Positions 57,165 through 64,000 of a stretch of 64,000 nucleotides of DNA are shown one piece after another; within the stretch, counting starts at the first letter, position 1; each line of letters starts with the position of its first letter. The notes below the pieces were generated by a model. It worked only from the letters and a program-made list of their open reading frames with translations. It was not told the origin of the DNA and ran no database searches. The position numbers were made by a program, and so were the translations under genes. Source of the DNA: Candidatus Multivoradales bacterium (GTDB lineage Bacteria > Acidobacteriota > Thermoanaerobaculia > Multivoradales > JAHEKO01); contig CBDFIJ010000004.1 of assembly GCA_965248055.1 (NCBI GenBank), positions 2,914,925-2,978,924 of the forward strand. Direction: 5' to 3'.

Positions 57165-58172
57165 CTAGAATAATTCCAGTTTCCACAGGTCGTGGAGGTG
57201 GACGATGCCTTCGAGTTTGTCGTCTCCATCGATGACGAACAGTGAGGTGATGCGATGGGTCTCGAGCTCATGCAGGGCCTTGGACGCCAACTGATCCGGG
57301 GTGATGGTCTTGGGTGTCGGCAGCATCACTTGGTTGGCCGGAGTGGCGAGATCTACCGAACCCCCTTCCATCCGTCGACGCAGGTCGCCATCGGAAAAGC
57401 ATCCCAGCAATTCGCCGTTCTCGTTGACCACCGCCGCAATGCCCAAGCCTTTGCGCGACATTTCGTAGATCACCTGGCTGAGAGGCGTGCGTTCTTCGAC
57501 CTGTGGCAGTTGGTCGCCGGAACGCATCATTTCGCCAACCGTGAGTAGACGTCGTCCCAAGTGACCACCTGGGTGCAAGCGAGCGAAGTCATTGTGGGAA
57601 AAGCCACGATGTTCGAGCAGCGCCATCGCCAGCGCGTCACCGAGCGCCAGGGTGGCGGTGGTCGAGGCGGTGGGCGCCAAATTCAAGGGGCAGGCTTCGC
57701 GGCCGATGGCGATTGATAGATGAATGTCCGCAGAGCGGGCCAAGGGACTCTCGGGATCACCGGTGAGGATGATCAGGGGCACGGCGAGCCGTTTTAGGAC
57801 CTCGACCAAACGCATCAACTCTTCGGTCTTGCCGGAGAACGAGGCGGCGATCACCACATCGCCTTCGCCGATCACCCCAATGTCACCGTGGATCGCCTCC
57901 GCAGGATGGAGAAACAGCGCTGGTGTTCCGGTGGAGGAAAGCGTCGCGGCCACCTTGCGCAGGATCAAGCCGCTTTTGCCCATGCCGGTGCATACCACTC
58001 TGCCGGAGACGGCGTGCAGCAACTCCACCGCCCGATCAAAAGACTCGTCCAGGTGATCCACCAGTCCAGCCAGCGCCTTGGACTCGGTCTCGATAACCTC
58101 GCGGGCGACCTCGCGCGGAGTCCGCTTGCGTTCGCCGGTGGATGCGGAGGGATCAGTCATGAGGGAGATCAT
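57165..58172 (-). CDS. kdsD: arabinose-5-phosphate isomerase (SIS + tandem CBS)
   Basis: SIS 'VVCTGMGKSGLI', C-terminal CBS pair. Confidence 0.8.
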   Translation of the reverse strand: MISLMTDPSASTGERKRTPREVAREVIETESKALAGLVDHLDESFDRAVELLHAVSGRVVCTGMGKSGLILRKVAATLSSTGTPALFLHPAEAIHGDIGVIGEGDVVIAASFSGKTEELMRLVEVLKRLAVPLIILTGDPESPLARSADIHLSIAIGREACPLNLAPTASTTATLALGDALAMALLEHRGFSHNDFARLHPGGHLGRRLLTVGEMMRSGDQLPQVEERTPLSQVIYEMSRKGLGIAAVVNENGELLGCFSDGDLRRRMEGGSVDLATPANQVMLPTPKTITPDQLASKALHELETHRITSLFVIDGDDKLEGIVHLHDLWKLELF

Positions 58173-59001
58173 GAATCAAGCTATGAATCCGAGCAACATC
58201 CTCGATCAACTGTGCTGCCCGGTCCGGGAGCAGTTGGGTGGTGGCGTCGGAAAGTGCGTTGCCTGGATCAGGGTGTACCTCAAGGTAGAGCCCAGATGCA
58301 CCCGCGGCCACCGCCGCACGCGCTAAAGGCTCCGCGTACTGTCGGACACCGCCGGTGCGATTTCCTTCGGCGGTCGGCAGTTGCAGTGAATGAGTGACGT
58401 CGAAAATCACCGGCACTCCGTGCTCCTGCAACTGGGGGATGCCACGCATGTCTACAACCAGGTTGTGATAGCCAAACGAAGCGCCACGCTCGGTGACACT
58501 GACGCGATCATTGCCGGTTGAGCGCACCTTGTCGATCGCTCGCAACATGTCCTCGGGAGCCATGAACTGGCCCTTCTTGATGTTGATGGAACGTCCGGTG
58601 GCACCGGCTGCTAGCAAGAGGTCGGTCTGTCGGCAGAGAAAAGCCGGGATCTGCAGTACTTGGCAAACTTCTGCGGCTGCGGCGCACTGTTCCGGAAGAT
58701 GGACGTCGGTCAAAAGCGGCAGTCCGGTTTCTTGGCCGACCTCAGCCAACACCCCCAATCCTTCGCTCAGGCCCGGCCCGCGATAGCTGTCGCCCGAACT
58801 GCGGTTGGCTTTGTCGTAGGAAGCCTTGAAGATGACCGGAAGGTTCAAACGCTGACCGGTTTCGAACAGCCACTCGGCCACCGCGAGGGTGGTTTCTCGG
58901 TTTTCGATGACGCACGGCCCGGCGATCACCGGAAGCCGATCACCACCGATCGCCACGTCCGTTGTCAGTTGGTAGCCAACCACCGAGCTTGATTCTGTCA
59001 A
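58153..59001 (-). CDS. kdsA: 3-deoxy-8-phosphooctulonate synthase
   Basis: Full-length KdsA pattern ('AGPCVIE', 'FKASYDKANRSS', 'VHPDP'). Confidence 0.85.
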   Translation of the reverse strand: MTESSSVVGYQLTTDVAIGGDRLPVIAGPCVIENRETTLAVAEWLFETGQRLNLPVIFKASYDKANRSSGDSYRGPGLSEGLGVLAEVGQETGLPLLTDVHLPEQCAAAAEVCQVLQIPAFLCRQTDLLLAAGATGRSINIKKGQFMAPEDMLRAIDKVRSTGNDRVSVTERGASFGYHNLVVDMRGIPQLQEHGVPVIFDVTHSLQLPTAEGNRTGGVRQYAEPLARAAVAAGASGLYLEVHPDPGNALSDATTQLLPDRAAQLIEDVARIHSLIHDLPHD

Positions 59002-59028
59002 TGTTTCAAGTCCCTGAATTTAAGCCGT

Positions 59029-60699
<1,671 letters not shown>

Positions 60700-60713
60700 T
60701 CAACCCTATCGAC

Positions 60714-61568
60714 TCACACATTGTTCGGTTCGGCATCGCCCGACGCGAAATCACCCAAGCTCCGATTTGGAGGATTCTCGTCAAGGTAGTTTTCCACACG
60801 TTGGATGTCTTCGGGGGTATCAACTCCCAGAGCGGGGGCATCGTGCATCAACACCCGGATCGGAATTCCGTGGGAGAGCGCCCGAAGTTGCTCCAACCCC
60901 TCGGTGATCTCCAACTCGGTCTGCGGTAGCGCGCTCAACTGCATCAAAGTCTTGTGTCGGTAGCCGTAGATCCCGATATGGCGCAGCACATGATTGCGGC
61001 TACCCTGAGCAAAAGGGATCGTCGAGCGGCTGAAATACAGTGCGCGCGACTCCAGGTCGCAGACCACTTTAACCACATGCGGACTGTCAACGTCCGCTCT
61101 GGATCGGGACTCGGGTTGATCGACCGGCTCGGCACTGGCTAGCGTCACCAAGACATCACTGGTGGAGCGCAGGTGGTCGGCGATCTTTCCGATCGCCACG
61201 GGGTCGATCAGGGGTTCGTCGCCCTGAATGTTGATCACCGCGTCGCAATCCCATTGGCCGGCGGCAAAGGCGATGCGGTCGGTTCCGGTGGCGCACGCTT
61301 CGGGAGTCATTTCGACCTCACCGCCGAATCCGGTGACCGCGTCGGCGATCCTGGAATCGTCGGTCAGTACCACCACACGATCTAAACCCGCCTGGCAAGA
61401 CCTGCGATACACGTGCTCGATCATCGATCGCCCAGCGATCTTGGCTAGGGGTTTGCCAGGGAAGCGGCTTGAAGCGAAACGGGCTGGAATTGCGCCGAAT
61501 ACGGTGACCGCCCTGGATTGGGTTCTGACTGCCTTGACAGGCGTGATTTCGCTGGAGTGCACGATCAA
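60714..61568 (-). CDS. kdsB: 3-deoxy-manno-octulosonate cytidylyltransferase
   Basis: 'IPARFASSRFPGKPL' and 'QGDEPLI'; true start probably ~20 codons inside ORF. Confidence 0.8.
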   Translation of the reverse strand: MIVHSSEITPVKAVRTQSRAVTVFGAIPARFASSRFPGKPLAKIAGRSMIEHVYRRSCQAGLDRVVVLTDDSRIADAVTGFGGEVEMTPEACATGTDRIAFAAGQWDCDAVINIQGDEPLIDPVAIGKIADHLRSTSDVLVTLASAEPVDQPESRSRADVDSPHVVKVVCDLESRALYFSRSTIPFAQGSRNHVLRHIGIYGYRHKTLMQLSALPQTELEITEGLEQLRALSHGIPIRVLMHDAPALGVDTPEDIQRVENYLDENPPNRSLGDFASGDAEPNNV

Positions 61569-61845
61569 ATCTACGTGACTGTCGCGGTGGGGTCAAATCT
61601 GGAAGTTGTCAAGCCAGAGGAAGCTCCCGATAGCCGGTGTAACGAGTTGCCTTGCGTGGCGGACATCTTGCGACCTACGGTCGTTGTTTGATTGGGATGA
61701 GGGGCGCTGGATCGGAACTAGGTCGCTGGTTGACCAGGAAGCACCAATAAGAGAAACCGCCCAACGGTCTTAGCAAGGTCGGTCTCAAGGCGGTGTCGCA
61801 TGGGCGCGGAGATCGGGTTTTTGGCGCATCTGGAGTGCGGGGAGC

Positions 61846-63009
61846 GTGCTAGATTGCGTTGCCATGAGCTCCAGAAGCCGATTCCGTTTGTGGCAATTGC
61901 TGGCAGTATGCGGTGTGGCCGTTGTGCTGTTCGCTTTGATTGATTCTTGGCGCCTGCAGTCAGCGAGCGACCATCAGCCGACCGGCAGTGCCGAGTGGAT
62001 CTGGGGGCGGCGTATGGAAGCTCCCGCGGCCTTCTTTATGGTCCGCGATTTCGAAATTGCAGAGAGCGTTGAACCAACTGCCGAGAGTGCCGAGCTACAG
62101 ATCCTGGCGGACGAGTCCTACACCGCATACCTGAATGGGCAACGTATCGGCTCCAATCGCTATCGTGCCGGTGCTGCGGTCGACCGTTATTTGGTACACC
62201 AGTTCTTGCGCCGGGGAGCCAACCGGATTGCGGTGTTGGTGGATCTCACACGTTTGCGCGGTGGCCTGTTGGCGCGGGTAGTGCGCGTGGATGCCGATGG
62301 TTCGAAGGAGGAATTGGTGGTTACCGACGAAGATTGGTCGGTGTTGCCAGAAAGTGCGGGGCCAAAATTTAGCAATCCCAAACATCCTTTGCGACCGCTG
62401 CCTACTGTGGTGAGCCTCGGTCGTCCTCCGATTGGTCGTTGGGGTTGGCTGAAGCTTGGTGAACACCTCCGGACACTGCTGCCCGATCAACAGCTGCTAC
62501 GGCCAGACGGCACGGTGGCGTCCGCCGCGCGCCCGGCTAGCTATCGAGATCGTTCTGGGGTTTGGCACAACCTGCCGGCTCGCGCCCGTCGTCGGCCACT
62601 AGGGGATTGGGTCGAGTTTTCCTGGGATCAAGAGCAAACCGGTTTCTTTGGCATCCGACACCAGGCGAGCGAGCCGCCGGTGGGGTTGGTCTATTTGGGG
62701 ATAGAACCACCCAACCCGGGAGTCGACGCTGCGGACTTGATCGTGGTCGGCCTCAAGAACCGGCAAACTTGGGAAGACTCAGTGGTTCGCCGTTTTCGTT
62801 ACGCCCTGGTTCTGGGGATTCCGTCGATTGTCGACGCCCGGGTGCATCGAACCAAACCGGAAGTCAGTGAACTCTGGGAACGGGAGCGAACTGGCGTGTT
62901 TTCGGTGGCGCCTCCTGCGGCAGGAGCTCGCTTACGATCGGCGGTGGAGGACGAAGTCTGGCGCCGCCTCGAGGGCATTTCGCGCGCTGCTAGCGGGGAT
63001 CTTGGATAA
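61846..63009 (+). CDS. membrane-anchored hypothetical protein with galactose-binding-like (jelly-roll) segment
   Basis: N-terminal TM; 'ADESYTAYLNGQRIGSN' resembles sugar-binding domain of GH2/rhamnosidase N-domains; weak. Confidence 0.35.
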   Translation: MLDCVAMSSRSRFRLWQLLAVCGVAVVLFALIDSWRLQSASDHQPTGSAEWIWGRRMEAPAAFFMVRDFEIAESVEPTAESAELQILADESYTAYLNGQRIGSNRYRAGAAVDRYLVHQFLRRGANRIAVLVDLTRLRGGLLARVVRVDADGSKEELVVTDEDWSVLPESAGPKFSNPKHPLRPLPTVVSLGRPPIGRWGWLKLGEHLRTLLPDQQLLRPDGTVASAARPASYRDRSGVWHNLPARARRRPLGDWVEFSWDQEQTGFFGIRHQASEPPVGLVYLGIEPPNPGVDAADLIVVGLKNRQTWEDSVVRRFRYALVLGIPSIVDARVHRTKPEVSELWERERTGVFSVAPPAAGARLRSAVEDEVWRRLEGISRAASGDLG

Positions 63010-63957
63010 CGCTTCGAGTGCATTTTGTCCGTGTTGCTCGGCGATTTGGGTTGCCTGTTCCACGGTTCCTTCTCGGGCAATAATGTCCAGGACTTGCTCC
63101 GCTGGAATTCGGTCAAAGCTACGGTCTTTCATCACCTGGAAAATGCGCTGGCGTTCTTGATCGCTGATTTTTGGCAGCGACAATAGAACGGGCAAGGTCA
63201 GTTTGCCTTCACGGAGATCAGCCAAGGAAGGCTTGCCAAGATCGTCACTGACGGCGGTGAAGTCGAGCAGGTCGTCTTTGAGCTGGAAGCAAAGGCCCAG
63301 CTCCATACCATAGCTACGCAGGGAATCGCCTAGCTCTGACGATTGGCGGGCTGAGTCAGGGTCGATGAGTGTGGGTACCTGGCAGGCAGCCGCGAACAGA
63401 TGTGCAGTCTTGCGGCGGATAATGCGGTAGTACTCATCCAGCGTGAGATCGGGGGCGCCCAGCCGCTCCAACGTGAGTAACTCACCTTCGGTCATTTTCA
63501 GAGTTGCTTCGACCAAAGTGCGAATGACGTCGACGCGATCATGGCGCAGAGCCAGATGCATAGCGGTGGTGTAGATCCAGTCGCCGAGCAACACAGTTCG
63601 GCTGTTGCCCCATTTTTGATTGGGAGTTGCTTGTCCTCGCCGTAACCCGGAGTGATCAACGACATCGTCGTGTACCAGGGTGGCGGTGTGGATCAGTTCG
63701 ACCACGGCGGCATAGGTGACCGCCTCCTCGCCCAGGCGGTCGATAGCCCTGGCAACTAGCAGCAGCAGTGCTGGACGCACTCTCTTGCCGCCCCCGGCGG
63801 CTATGTAGGTCCCGGCGTCATCGATGAAAGAAACGTCGGACGCCAAGCGGGCGCGGAACAGCTCTTCGACTTGTTCTAACTCGCTGGCGATCAGTGGCAA
63901 AAATGCCGCGGTGCCAGACACGGATGCACTTTGGGAGGGGACCTCACTGGACGTCAC
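62932..63957 (-). CDS. polyprenyl diphosphate synthase (IspB-like trans-prenyltransferase)
   Basis: First and second Asp-rich motifs 'LVHDDVVD' and 'DDLLD'. Confidence 0.8.
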   Translation of the reverse strand: MTSSEVPSQSASVSGTAAFLPLIASELEQVEELFRARLASDVSFIDDAGTYIAAGGGKRVRPALLLLVARAIDRLGEEAVTYAAVVELIHTATLVHDDVVDHSGLRRGQATPNQKWGNSRTVLLGDWIYTTAMHLALRHDRVDVIRTLVEATLKMTEGELLTLERLGAPDLTLDEYYRIIRRKTAHLFAAACQVPTLIDPDSARQSSELGDSLRSYGMELGLCFQLKDDLLDFTAVSDDLGKPSLADLREGKLTLPVLLSLPKISDQERQRIFQVMKDRSFDRIPAEQVLDIIAREGTVEQATQIAEQHGQNALEALSKIPASSARNALEAAPDFVLHRRS

Positions 63958-64000
63958 AGGACTAGATAACTCCGTCGCCGATGGCGGAGTTGCGATGGTT

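Overview
This is a high-GC (about 60-65%) bacterial chromosomal segment, almost certainly from a diderm organism, because it carries a KDO/LPS biosynthesis cluster, HflKC, TatABC and a sigma-54 activator.

Most of the window (about 13.2-32.3 kb and 35.9-64 kb) is conserved housekeeping sequence. It encodes:
- HflK and HflC.
- MoaC.
- NamZ-like DUF1343.
- An aminotransferase-SerA-Ddl block.
- A four-PDZ HtrA.
- Ornithine carbamoyltransferase plus carbamate kinase.
- A TAT-exported amidase.
- A MerA-like flavoprotein/DedA pair.
- UppP.
- An ECF sigma/anti-sigma module.
- RecD2.
- An NtrC-type activator.
- pdxJ, glmM, cdaR, cdaA, folP, ftsH and tilS.
- tRNA(CAU), sodA, tRNA-Val, tRNA-Asp and rpmG.
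- An ECF-like sigma factor.
- CtpA, TatA/B and TatC.
- kdsC, kdsD, kdsA, pyrG and kdsB.
- A polyprenyl synthase.

Two stretches look accessory. The first is 1-13.2 kb. It holds three paralogous Cys-pair lipoproteins interleaved with MBL-fold genes, including one truncated MBL-fold pseudogene. It also holds a PaaI-type thioesterase and TAT-exported metallophosphoesterase and PhyH enzymes. A PP2C/GAF phosphatase sits next to a 1172-aa secreted protein with N-terminal Ca-binding-like repeats and a C-terminal gingipain-like (C25) catalytic domain. A frameshifted IS481-family transposase lies directly upstream of the 1172-aa gene.

The second accessory stretch is a lower-GC islet at 32.7-34.3 kb. 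It contains a 24-aa Cys-containing upstream ORF that is translationally coupled to two tandem paralogous small proteins of about 80 aa. Each has a Gly-rich linker and a conserved Trp/Lys-rich C-terminal box. Next to them is a frameshifted C-terminal remnant of an SRAP (YedK/HMCES-like) gene, followed by a DUF4301-like protein.

Other items worth a second look are a catalytically dead trypsin-fold paralog beside the four-PDZ HtrA, and a nested four-copy palindromic element between arcC and the amidase. There is also a perfect 10-bp hairpin over the RBS and start codon of a sigma-factor gene, and a CAU-anticodon tRNA next to tilS. The 51-aa rpmG gene is absent from the ORF track.

No CRISPR array, rRNA or intact prophage was seen.
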